The notes beneath the pieces are model-generated. The model was not told where the DNA came from. It saw only the letters and a list, made by a program, of their open reading frames with translations, and did not search any database. From assembly GCF_036321535.1 (NCBI RefSeq), contig NC_087436.1:64296001-64360000 (forward strand): a stretch of DNA of 64,000 nucleotides, in the 5' to 3' direction. Position numbers and translations under genes: made by a program. Shown here piece after piece: positions 1-12,482 of this stretch (positions within the stretch are counted from its first letter, which is position 1; each line of letters opens with the position of its first letter). This DNA comes from Camelus dromedarius. Taxonomy: Eukaryota.

Positions 1-629
1 CACACACACACATATACATATGTATACACAAATATTCACACAATTGCATTCAGAGTACTGATATGAGCTTTTCTATGTAAAAATTCAACAAAATTATTAT
101 AAAATATATGTTGAATATTAAGAGAAAATTTAATAAAAATGAAGTAATAATCATAATTTGAACATAAATTATGTATTATAAAAATACAGTAAGTAAGATA
201 AAATATTAAAATTAGGCAGGTTGATCAATTATAAAAATGAAATCCCTGAAGCATCACTGTACTGTATATATTTGTGTGGTAATTTGATAGGAATGACTCT
301 CCTCAGAAAATCAAATGTCTGACAGGAAGTAGCCAAATAGGGAACAAACCAATTATTGTGTGTGTGTGTGTGTATATGTTTCAAATTATATAATATGAAA
401 CTTCTGGAGAGAGAGTTCTTTGAGTTACTTCCTTTAATTTCCATTTTTGAACAATGTATTAGATAGAATAAACTTAGGGCCATAGTCACAATAGATACTA
501 AAATTAATAATGACTTCTAGGGAATATTATCTTGTTTACTAAACATTCCAAGGCAAGTAGACAGTTAGACAGTGTGTGTATGGTTGGACAGTGTGTGTAT
601 GGGAGGGTTGGTAGGGGAGGCCATTCTCA

Positions 630-880
630 TGCCCTCACATTTATTCCAAGACCCAGTCTAATGGCACAAGGGTTCTAAAATCTTCCAGAGGGTCGTTGCC
701 ATTCATCTCCTCAGGAAGGAAGAAAAAGCATTGAGAAGACTCTAATGGGGAGTTTTTATGGCTATAGTAGTGCACATTACTTTTGCTTCCGTTTCCATTA
801 ATTAAAACTCAACCTCATTGCCACACCTATAAATGAGTCTGAAAAGTATAGTCCTCTTGTGATTAAGGAAGAAGAAAATA
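630..880 (-). mobile_element. Old MaLR LTR fragment (MLT1J/K/L-like)
   Basis: cacattacttttgcttccgtttccatt...actcaacctcattgccacaccta resembles reverse-strand MLT1 sequence; highly diverged. Confidence 0.5.
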
Positions 881-974
881 TTTATGAAAGAAACCATGTA
901 GTTCAAAAAAAAAAAAAAAGGCAGGATCTGATGCACCAATATCTTTTTTAATGTGTAAATGGAGATTAAAAAAT

Positions 975-1805
975 ACCTTTATTGAGGTTCATTTAACATA
1001 AAGCTCATCCATTTAAAGTGTTTAGTTCAGTGGACATTAGTGTATGTATAGTCTTACACCCATCACTGAAATCAATTTTAGAGTGTTATCAGTCCTCTAA
1101 AAAGAAACCCTATACCCATTAGAAGTCACACCCAGTTTCCTTTCTCTGAAGTGCCTGGCAGCCACTAATCTATGTCTCTATGGATTTGCCTATTGTGGAC
1201 ATTTTGTATAAATGGAATCATACAATTTTTGATCTTTTGTAACTTGCTTCTATCATTTAACATAATATTTTAAAAATTGATGTATATCATAGTATGTATC
1301 AGTAGCTAATTCTTTTTTGTTTTCAAATTATATTCTATTGTATGAATATACTATGTTATATATATCAGTTGATGGAACTTGGGATTATTCCTACTTTTTG
1401 GCCATTTTGCATAAAGCTAATATGAATATTCATGCACAAGTTTTTGTGTGGAAATGTTTCACTTTTCTTGGATACATACTTGAAATTACCGAGTCACATG
1501 ATAGCTATGTTTAGCATTTTAAGGGACTGCTAAGTTATTTTCCAGCATGGTTACATGGTTATACATTCCAAACAGTAATATGAGGGTTCTCACATCCTCA
1601 CCCACGCTTGTTACTGTCTTTTTTCTTTTAGCCATCCTAGTCAAGATGAAATAGTATCTCATTGTGGTTTTGAGTTGCATTTCTCTAATGCATAATGTTG
1701 GCTTTCTTTTCATGTACTCATTTGTATATCTTACTTGAAGGTGTATTATTCAGTCATTTCTCAATTTTTAAGCTTTTTGTTGTTGATTTCTAAGCATTCT
1801 TTATA
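975..1805 (-). mobile_element. L1 (L1MB-like) 3' end including an ORF2 C-terminal remnant
   Basis: Antisense L1 3'UTR motifs (ctttattgagg..., aaaagaaaccctatacccattag, aatggaatcataca). The minus ORF 1519-1713 contains MQLKTTMRYY, resembling L1 ORF2 MQIKTTMRYH. Confidence 0.85.
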
Positions 1806-2804
1806 GACATGCCTTTTTTAAAAAGACCACAGGATACCATTGTTAAAATACATTTAGATTTAAGAATCCTTTAGACCGCATTTTCTAAGAGAGGCTTTTT
1901 GCTTGGATTTACCCACTTAAACTTCATCTATTTTGAATTCACTTCAAAATTATTTATCATTTGTCTAGCCTCACTTCACTTCCTCTTTTGTTTATTTGAT
2001 TTTAAAAATAAGTCATTAATTCACGTTTTTATTATGATGGCAAAAACTAGTAATTGGCCGTTTTTGAAACTTTATTCTGGTGTGTGAACCATACAGTGGT
2101 GACATAACAAAATAGCAAGGTTATTCATTGGGTTCTTCTAGTTAGTTTCTAACTACTCCTCCTTAAGAAAATGATAAAGGACTTTAAGCTTTATCATGGT
2201 GGCCAGAAATAGAAATGTCTCTATTTTTGCTGTAGTTTGTATTCTTGGACTTCCAGTGTCTGGAAATCCCTTTTTGACATTTTTGTATCTTTGCTCAAAT
2301 TTTAAGTATTGAGCTATTTATTTCCATAGACTTTCTCTGTTATGTCCTACAAACAACTCAGTGCCTCTTTTGAGTCATCTCAAGAAATTTATGCAATTTA
2401 CGTCTCTATCAAATTTATATATTTTATATTAGTGTCCTCTGTACTCACTCATATCACATTTTTACACAAACAAACAGAAAAAGATAAGAATCGAAAGAGA
2501 ACCTGAGGTTTTATATGGGAAGGATCCTAGTAAATTTGTACTTCAGCCCATTGGACTCATCTGAAGTATTACTATTTCAGAAGAAAAGATTAAGAGAAAA
2601 CTAAATAAAGATAATGAGTGATTTGTAAATATTAATATTGAACAGCTCCTGCAGTTTTAAAGAACCCTGAATAAAGGAGGATGTCACATATTTAGAAAGA
2701 AATACGTACACGAAGCCCAGAAACTGAAGTTTACAACATTGTCTAATCTAAACTGATTTAGAATCCTAATTTGCATGGTTCTGTTGAACAAAGTAGAAGG
2801 ATTT

Positions 2805-2975
2805 CAAGCGTTAGAGTCTAATTCCAATTCTGTTACTTCTAAGAAACATGACCTTAACCAATTTGAATCACAGTTTCCTTATTTGTTAAAGGAGTAATTA
2901 GGCCTACTTTGTTATAGCATGAGGATTAAGTAAAACAATGTATAGAAAGACCCGAACACAAAGCCTCACACGTTT
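2805..2975 (+). mobile_element. MIR SINE fragment
   Basis: cagtttccttatttgttaaaggag...gaggattaagtaaaacaatgtat is MIR core-like. Confidence 0.6.
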
Positions 2976-5805
2976 AATCTTGGGAAAATGTGGTCATTAA
3001 AACATACCTTCAGGAATTAGAACCAAAACCCAAATGACCTGGATAGCAAGCAAAATTTAAAATACATCACCATCTTGGGGTCACTTATTTTCCATAGTGT
3101 TTTTCAAAGACTGCATTGTATAGTCTTAATCCCCAAATGTGACAGTTTCTCTAATTATGAGCCTACACATTTGTACACACATTCCATCATTATATTCAGG
3201 ACTCACCCACTGGACTGTAACTAAGTCTTTAATGAGTTACTAATGAACATCTTAGGCTTAGATCAGCAAAAAAAAAAAAAAAAAAGAAAGTTAGAGTGTT
3301 GAAAAGCTATTCACAGTTAAGCCTGTTGCTTTTAATTAGACTATAAGCCTAATAAAATTTCCTGTCTTCACTATTCTTCCCAGGTTTGACAAAACAATAA
3401 TGAGTGACAGATGTATCCTCACTTTGATATTATCAGTTTAATGTGAAGTTAAAAGGGATAAATACATTGAGCTAAATTAGAGAAACTATTGTTTGGTTAA
3501 ATACTAAGATATAATATGCATAATCAAAATAGTGTGTTTTACAGTGATTCATTTTTTTTTCTTGGACTCAGATGACTTCAAAACAGATTTTGTTGTTGCA
3601 TTAGAAAATAACAGATGACATGAAGAAAAAAAAAAGATCCAGATATGACTTAGATCATGTAGATTAAAAAAAAAAAATAAACCTCTATGTTTATAAAAGA
3701 ACAGTCAGCTTTCACACATTGCTGCTTCTCTCCAAGCTGTTAGAGATACCACGAAAGTAGTCATCATAGACACTACCTGAATTAGATCAAGACTATTCGT
3801 TTCTGTGCCTCTTGTTAAAAATCAACAATGGTGGTGACTATTTAGCAATGATCCTTTTTTTTATTATTATTATTATTCCTTTTGATAGTGAGGTTGGTGA
3901 AACCATGCAAGCCTTAAGGGCACATGATTTAATAATGAAGACAGATAATACATAAAATTCAAAGCAACAGGCTGGTATGATGCTCTCCCTCCAGGGAACA
4001 CAACAGTTTTGCTTAAAAGGAAGCCTTTTATATTGGTCACAATGGCTCAGGACAGTTGGAAGAGCTGTGATAGCCCAGATGTTTAATGGGCTACAGGCTG
4101 TTGCTAGGAGGCAAACTTGATGTCGTGCCTCTGCACACAGATTAAAAACCACTATGTTGATTTTTAAAACTAGATGTCTGATAATAATCACGCTCGATGT
4201 ATATACTGTCGATATATGTAATCAATCAGTTTGATACGTGAGCCCGTCAACATCTCTGCTTCCTTGTGAGCCAGCATTTAGGCATTCATTTTGTATGTGT
4301 TGAGGAGGGAATGAAGAGGTAAAAATCTCTTACTACCAGAAAAAAAATACATAAAAGTTTCCATTCCTCTCAACTATCTTCAGAAATGCTGGTTATGATT
4401 AACTTAGTATGGGGAGAAAGAACTCACTCACAAGACAGATCTCTGTCAAAATATGTATGGTTTTTGCCACTCCCACACACACATTAAATATAATTGACAG
4501 TGTCATTAGGGAAAAGTGCCCTATTACTATAGTTATAAAGGTTTTTAAAGAAATTATTTACTTACAGCATTCTGAAAGCACATTTTCTAGATCATTAAAA
4601 TTTTAATATCCTTTAAGAGGGGATTAGAGGAAGGGAAATTAAAAGTCAGTATTCTCCAAAGAACAAATTCCAGGGTTTTAGTTTTGTTATCATTAATTTA
4701 AATCTATTTGAATTATATTTACAAAGAGGCAGGTGTTTTTAGTTGGAAAGGCTGTTAGTTATCACTTTTCTGATGAATGATATATACTATGCCTTTTATT
4801 TAAATTTAATGAAAATAATATCTTTTTGTTGGAAACTGATTTTTTTTTCATAAATTTATGTCACTAGCAGAAATTTTACTCTCTGCTTACTCATTTTAAC
4901 AAATATTTAAGGTGTTTATATCACAATATTACAATCTAGACAACCATTACAATGAATCAGCCACACTCTTATTCTATTTTTTGGACATGGAAGATGCCAC
5001 ACTTGGAAGCTAATTAAAAATAATCTTTTAATGTTGTTTCTTTTATTATTGAACATTAGGAGTTAAATTTCCCTTTAGCTTTATTCATAACAAGTGTTTG
5101 GTTCTTCCACTATTCTCAGAATGTCTTTTACAGCTTTTATAACTTGACTGTTCAGTTTTCTGGTGAAAGTTTAGCATAATGTTTTATTTTACTGTAACAA
5201 GTTGTGTTGTAGAGAAGAACAAGGAACCCAGTTTGAAGGTAAAATTGCTTATCTTCATAGGGCATACCTACTCTGCATAGAGCAGTTCAGTCTAGAAAGT
5301 CTGTTGGGTTAAATTGAATAGTATCCATATATGCATGAAGTTGCTTCATCATACACAGGTGGACAACACATCACTATTGAGCCATTTTCTTACAAAACCC
5401 AGAGGTGAAACAGACTTTTCTCTGTGTTTGAACATCCATGGTGTAATTTCTGCCTGGTGGCGTCCTTAGTCAGGTGCTTGAATGGGAACTTTTATGATGA
5501 TTGTTAGTGATGACTACCCAGCCTATAACGGAATTATGCAGCTGTCACATGCACTTTGGGGAGAAATCAGGAAAGAAGTAATTTATTTATATGAAGTAAT
5601 TTATTTATATTTAGTAATATTAATATTAAGTAATTTATTTATATTTAAAATGAAGGTGCTGGGAGAAAGGTAGAGACTTTCAGGTATGTGTAAGGAAGCA
5701 GGATTGGAAAATGAGCCTTTACTTATAAGAAAAGAAATGAAAGTGGTCGTCTCTGTCCTCTCCACCTCTTTTCCCTTTTGTTCTCTCCCTCTGCTTCCCC
5801 CCTAA

Positions 5806-5828
5806 GATGGATGGATGGATGGATGGAT

Positions 5829-5866
<38 letters not shown>

Positions 5867-5867
5867 C

Positions 5868-5918
<51 letters not shown>
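5806..5918 (+). repeat. Compound (GATG)n(GATA)n tetranucleotide microsatellite
   Basis: Directly visible. Confidence 0.97.
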
Positions 5919-8900
5919 GATGTTGATATACATATAGCCAGATGGATCTGTATATGTCACTCAGATTGGATTAGACATTTTGTATTAATCAACCATTTGT
6001 TGTTATAAGTTTTTCCATATAGTTTCTAGCATTTATGTAGCACTTCACAGCTGAACACTTTTGCGCACAATCGCTCAGTATGTACTCATGACAATCCCAT
6101 GAATCACAGGTAGTAGTCTCAGTAATTTTAAGATAAAAAGAATAAACTTGGAACCATCAATCTAATGATGCAGTGACATTTCAAATAGATTAGAAGAGAA
6201 GCTCAAATCAAAATTTCCTTAACCAGCTCAAGGAGGCTTCTTTGAAAGGCATTTTAATCATCTACTGAACATTGGCCTTATTTTATAGACCAGTTATTTA
6301 AATTAGAAATAAACCAAGGAAAACAGCATCAAGAAGAATGAGCTAGAAACAAAAGAAGAAAACAAAAGAAGTAACACTGATAAAATTTTATTTAAGGACG
6401 AAGGCAATATTGTGTTTGCTTAAATCTTGGAAATAAAAAAGAAACCAAGACTTTAAGTATTTAGAAGATTTAATTTAAAAGTAGATTTAAAATTTTAGAT
6501 TTAAGTACAGAATAGAGGGGAAGTAGTGTGAAACTTGTTGCTGATTATATACATTGTGAGCAGTTTAGAAAAAAATATGGGAATAATGATACTGAGAGTA
6601 TCATTTGGAAGCCTGAGCTGTAAGGGAAAGAATTTCCTATTAAGAAGGATAATTTGAACAAAGGATTAGGCAGTTATGTATAGAGAACAAGTTTTGTATT
6701 CAAGAGATAATAGTGAAAGGCAGAATTTAATATGTAGGTTAGGGTCATAGCTGTAATTACACTACATTTAAAACTCTGTAAGGCTCATAATTAGCTAATT
6801 ATTTTAAAAGCTATGGTAAAATATTACCCCAGTACACGAAAACAAATGATTTGTGAATATGAAAGTTAAACCACTTGTAACTCTGGCAGATGATGCTCCG
6901 ATGATGTCTTGTTGTAAGCATTTCTCTCTCCTTACAAATATTTTAGTACTGCATCCCATTGTGGGGTCTAGATTCCAGGCTCATGATTATGATCAATAGA
7001 TGTTTGGAGGAAGAAGCTGAGTAACTGACTGAATTATATAGCTGCTCATCTAAGGTGAACAAGAAATTAGTAGCAGTGGAAATTGTTTGAAAAAAATGCT
7101 TACTTAGTATCTTTTAAATTATTTATAAATCAGTTTTGATCTTTGAAAGCACATATCATTGAAATCTGATATATTTGATATTTATTTCAATTATAAGCTC
7201 CACAGGTAAGATGAAAACTCCAGTCCTACCATCACAAATACTTTACCTCTAAGGAATAATGTTCCTATTCTTCCTTTTCTTACATCTTGCCTCATATTTA
7301 CCCACAACCAATATTCAGAAACTTGGATGCTCTGATGGCCTTTGATGTTTGTAGTCCACACATAAACGTAGGGGAAATATTTTGACTGTTTTAGTAGGTT
7401 GTGAAATATTAATTTTTATATTTCATGCTTGCCCACTAGGAAAGCAGAATCAAAGTGTTTAAATAGTAAAAACATCTGAATATGAAGTAAGTATATGGAC
7501 AACTTAAGTATGGCAACAACTCACATTGCTTATGATGAATATTTAATATCATTTATGATTAAAGCAGTTCAGAATTTTAAAAAATAGTGAGTCCCTCTTT
7601 TTTTTTAAACGCAATTTTTAAAGAAGTTAAGAATGAAGTGTTTCTTCCTTTGAAGAAGGTCTGAAAGAAAGAAGAACAAGATGTATTAGCCTTATCATTG
7701 CTTCCTGCCCTAGAACTGAGATTCTTTCAGACATCTTAAAATTATATACAAAAAGTTTGAAAATGTGGTCTCAAAAGGAGATGGGTGTGGAGTATAAGGG
7801 GGCTGTCTTCCACCTACAGTTCATGTCACAACATTGTGGAGTACTTTTCATAGTTAATTTGAAAGAAACCTTTCCCTTTATGAATCTGGAGAAGAAAAGA
7901 GACATTTTTGATGTGAAGCCTTCAAATATCTGTGAAGCCCAGTGTTTTCTAGGAGTAGCTTATTGTGTTTTGCAAATAGCCCATTTTTTATAGAATTTAG
8001 ACAAGTGAGAGGAGAATGCAAGAGTATAGATATTACACTTTTCTCAACATGGAGAAGAACTTGTTGCTTCAAATGGAATTGGGTGCCCTAAGAGCAGAGT
8101 GAGTTTGTGATCACTGTCTCTTCGTGTGAAATTGGGAGATTTTTAGCAGGAAAGCTCGAAGGGTTATTATCTATCGTGTGAGTTGAATGATTCTTTCCAG
8201 ACTTGGGATTCCATGCTTCTAATGGAATACTAGAATTATAACTGTAATGTTTATCTTGAAGTTTATTTTTTAAATAGCTTCAGGAAGACAAATTAGATTT
8301 ATATTTATAACTCAAATAAATATTCCCCCAGAAGTTACACAATACATTTAGTATAACATATACAATAATTTTAAAAACAAAAATGAAGATTTAGGCTCTG
8401 TTCTCACAGCCCTTCTCCACATGGGTAGTGTAACAGCTCCTCCACTTTCCCTTCCACTGATCGGTGACTCTGGATTCCATTTATCAAGATGTCAATTTGA
8501 AGGAGAGTCTGATCTATAGACACATAAGGTACTCCAGCTTCATGGAACACCTTGGAGTCTAATATCCTTCAATTTAAGAGTCAAAGTCTATGTAACTTCC
8601 TGGTATTTTTGTATTTCTCTGTCTCACTACATAAAATTATTTTATTCTCTGATCCAAACCCACTCTTTCTAGGTCACTAGACCTTGCTTTCTAGTTGTAA
8701 TTTGAACATTAATTTTTTTTTTGTTTAAGCTGTGATTCTTTCATTTAATACAGACAGTATTATATTTTTCAGCTGATGGTGATTCCACTCGATATGCATT
8801 TTAAATCAGTTGTCACTCTCTGCCTAATCTAGAAATTGACCTTTCCCGAAATTGATCTCTTTCAGTAGAAATCATTATCCCTGTGCTTTCCCCCTATCCT

Positions 8901-8959
8901 GTCCTATTCTTTTTCTTCCCAGGAGCTGTATTCAGTATCCTAAATAGATGGTTGATTGT

Positions 8960-9705
8960 CCCCAAACTAAACTCCTTACCCTGCTTTACAAAGCTCAGGA
9001 TCTGGCTGTTGCTTACTCCTCTGATCTCATTCCAGATCATTCATCTCCCAGCCCACTGTCCACAGCTTCATTGGCCATTGTGCTATTTCTTGAACAGACC
9101 ATGGTAGTTCCAGCCTGAGGTCTTTGCAGCAGACTGAAATGTTCTTTACTCCTGGTTTTTGTATGCCTGGCAACTTCCAATATCATTGAGATCTCATTTT
9201 AACTTTTACTGCCATAGATAAGTCTTCCATAAAGTCCTAAACAGAATAGCATTTAATATTACCCTGTTTAAACTTTGTTTACTGCGATTTGTCTGTGTCT
9301 CCCCCCACCACCATCCCATTGTCATCTGGATGTGGTTCTACTTTTTATTGGTCTCTTCCCCCCTCTTCTCTCTAACCCCTCTGCTCCCGTCTCCCCAGTA
9401 CCATTTGTCTCTTGCTCTTTCTTGGGCTCTGTACAGCTCAGCTTGTATACACTGTGTACACACAAACAGCCAAGCAAAAACCCAATGGCAAACACTTTAA
9501 AAAAAAAAAACTTTCTGTAGATTACATATCTATATGGAGTTTAAAAATGTCTATGAATTTGCATATTTTCTGTCTCCCACACAAGAATGGGTGATTCGTT
9601 AATGAATATAGTCTGTTTTGTTCACCAAAATCTCTAGCACCTAGAAAAGGACCTGATACATAATGGGAACTCAAAACATGTTTGTTGAATGAATGAACAA
9701 ATAAA
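8960..9705 (+). mobile_element. L2 fragments ending in the L2 3' terminus
   Basis: L2-like pyrimidine-rich body; terminus ctagcacctagaaaaggacctgatacataatggg...tttgttgaatgaatgaa. Confidence 0.7.
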
Positions 9706-11214
9706 TGCATGCTCCATCACTTCAGATGTCCTTATATGTTAATTTGGCTGAGTATGAGATTCAACATTATCATAACTGAAGCTTGCAAGATAAATAACAG
9801 CTTTATAATCTTTTCCTAATTTCCTTCCATAGAGTAGTTATAAAGATAGTAGGGAAAACATACCTGTACATAAGTCATATAAAAATAATAAAAAAAATTA
9901 GTCACATTGTCATTTTGGGTAACAAGGAGAGGGATATTTTAGAACTCAAAAGATCAAAAAAGATGCCACTAGTGGCAATTACTTAGAGATTTATTTTCAC
10001 AAATTTTTTGGTCTTAAACCTTATTTTCTTCTTTGACACCCTTTTCGTTCACAAGAACTATCAAAATAGCATTCAGATTACCTTTTGCCTATATATTTTA
10101 GTATACATACATTATACTGAGTTTAAATAAAGATGTTTTTTCAGGGTGATGCCTTAAAGTTACATTCTAAATCTTTTCATCATAGATGGATTGTTTGACA
10201 AATTTCTTAATATCAGTTTGTTTCCTATAAGAGCTATATCATTTGTTGTGATTTGGAAGAGAACATGTTTTTCATTCTTAATTTGTGGAAATTTTATATA
10301 TCAAGAGATTGTAGTGCTACTGTATAAACTTCCAGTATTAGAAAGACGATCATAAAATCCTCTTGCATGTTCACGTTTCTTATTTTCTCTCCTGCCTATG
10401 GAATGGTACCTATGCAGCATTATTATGCATGTTGTAGGATGTTAAATATAATTGTGTAAAGCAAAGTCTTTTCCCTTGTAAAGTCTGTTCCCTTCTGTTA
10501 GCAGGAACATTTTCAGTATCATTTCTATTTATTACACTAGTTGCAATTAGTGTAGAGAAATGTGTATCTATGTACCAATTCATCAGAAAAAAAAATCCTG
10601 TACTTAAATAGCTCTGTTTTTCATAGCATATAATGTATAACTGTTTTGTGAATATTAAAAAAGTCATGTGTGTACAATTTTATTTTTTTCATTATTGTCT
10701 TGGTCTTCCATATTTATTCATTTATGTACTATGTACCATTTGTCAGTAAAATCACTGTGTATATAAATGGCAAAAATGTATGTATATCTTTTTCACTTTA
10801 ATGTCCATCACAGACTTAATACAGAATCTATCCTAAAATGTGAAATGACCTGAAACATATAAATAAACATAAAACAATCCATGTAAGTGTAATAATACAA
10901 GAACAAACAAAACTAATAAAAAAAAAAACCTCTCTGAAACTTTCTTCACCCATTACTTTATCAAGCTTTTTGTGTGTAAATATTTAGTTCAGTAACCAAT
11001 GTTTTATTGACACGGATATTAGTGCCCATAAATTACAACAGAATACTGTAAATCTATTTAAAATATCAATAATATTTCTATTTTTTCAGGTAGTTTTCTC
11101 TGCTTTCAATAACTATGTTTAGTTTCCTAATCGTTGTTAGGAATTAGGATGAGGTTTTTGGCTTACTGAAGACAGTGTTTAACTAGGATGGAGTTACACA
11201 GTCAGCATCACAGT

Positions 11215-11730
11215 AGGGACCAGGAGCTGTGACCTCCTCAGCTCCAGGGTTGTGTGAGTGGGGCCAGGGGTGGCTGGAGTCCCGGGCCTACGGCCTGCAT
11301 CAGAGAGCAGCCTTGGGAAGAGCCTCTAGCAGGGCTCCAGTGAGGCCGGCCTGAGCTGAGCGGAGTCTGATGGTGCGCCCTGCGGTCCCCGCAGGTGGCA
11401 AGCACAGTGAGCGACGTCCAGCCCTCGCTGTTCCACTGCGACACGCGGAGCGCAGCCCAGGAGGCGCTCTACCTCCCAGACATCTCCTTCAGCAGCCAGC
11501 TGCGGAGCGCGCCACTGCTCATCGCGGACCAGGGCCCCGTGGAGCTACCAGAGGAGTTCGTGGTCCAGGTGCCCAAGGAGCCCAGATCTCAGCCCAAGGT
11601 GCGGCCGGCGGTGGGGGAAGAGGGCTGGGGGTGGCTGGGCAGGGACTCCTGGGAGGCTCAGCCCCAGGCAGTAGCCCAAATTTGTCTTCCTTTGTCTCTA
11701 GCCTCTGCGTCCGCTCGCTGTGGCTGATGT
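11215..11730. other. GC/CpG-rich island around the candidate exon
   Basis: Abrupt switch from AT-rich flanks to GC-rich sequence with many intact CpGs. Confidence 0.75.
11395..11598 (+). CDS. Candidate internal coding exon, 204 nt, phase 0-0, 68 aa (VASTVSDVQPSLFHCDTRSAAQEALYLPDISFSSQLRSAPLLIADQGPVELPEEFVVQVPKEPRSQPK); product not recognised
   Basis: Acceptor tccccgcag|GTG at 11394/11395 and donor AAG|gtgcgg at 11598/11599. The frame is open, the length is divisible by 3, third codon positions are GC-rich, and G-runs follow the donor. An in-frame alternative donor CAG|gtgccc lies at 11568/11569. No partner exons identified. Confidence 0.55.
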
Positions 11731-12150
11731 TTGCACTTAGTGATATCCTGGCCTGTTTAACAATGCATGCTTGTTCTGCATTAGAGCCTCATCACTATTT
11801 CAAAATGTTTGACTTTCAATTTCTGATTGGGTTTGAAATATCTTTGCATTATCATAGGAAGTTTAAAATTACTTTTAGTGACACTGACAACTGTTGTAAA
11901 ATTTGAATGGTTGTAAAAGACACAGTTTACCATTTCTGATCATCTATCTGCTTGTTTGGAAAAAAAAAATCGCATTAATGGATACTACCAAGATTTTTGA
12001 GAAGATTATGATGAAAACATATTGGTTAGGAATAGTATATAGTCATTTAAAGCATGAAACCTGATAGAAAAGTGTTAGTTACAGAAGCAACCTAATTTTC
12101 TTATGAAGATGTTGAAAAGTGCCTTATTTATATTATTTATAATATTGTCT

Positions 12151-12202
12151 CTGTAGCTGGCAAGTACAGTGAGTGACATCCAGCCCTTGAAGCTCCAGTG
12201 AG
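12151..12202 (+). pseudogene. Partial duplicate of the acceptor and 5' end of the 11395 exon (LASTVSDIQPLKLQ*); decayed copy or alternative terminal exon
   Basis: 40/52 nt identical without gaps to 11389-11440. Acceptor ctctgtag retained; TGA at 12199-12201. Confidence 0.6.
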
Positions 12203-12261
12203 GAGCATTATGTCATATTTGCACAAAACTCAGTGATTTTTTTTCCTTAATACTTTAAAAA

Positions 12262-12267
12262 TATGTA

Positions 12268-12319
<52 letters not shown>

Positions 12320-12388
12320 TCTTTACTAATATTTAGGCAGTTTCTCACAAAATTCCATATAGACATTTATCCCTCTAATTTCCCATGG

Positions 12389-12449
<61 letters not shown>

Positions 12450-12482
12450 GTATACATACATATACACACACATATATACTAT
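12262..12482. repeat. Compound (TG)n/(TA)n/(CA)n microsatellites
   Basis: Directly visible at 12262-12316 and 12393-12482. Confidence 0.95.

Noticed and set aside
1519..1713. Short ORFs with protein similarity (also 62214-62399)
   Set aside because: Decayed L1 ORF2 C-terminal remnants, not host genes.
11370..11906. 178-aa single-exon ORF
   Set aside because: Alternative frame across the GC island running into AT-rich flank; the splice-bounded 11395-11598 frame is better supported.
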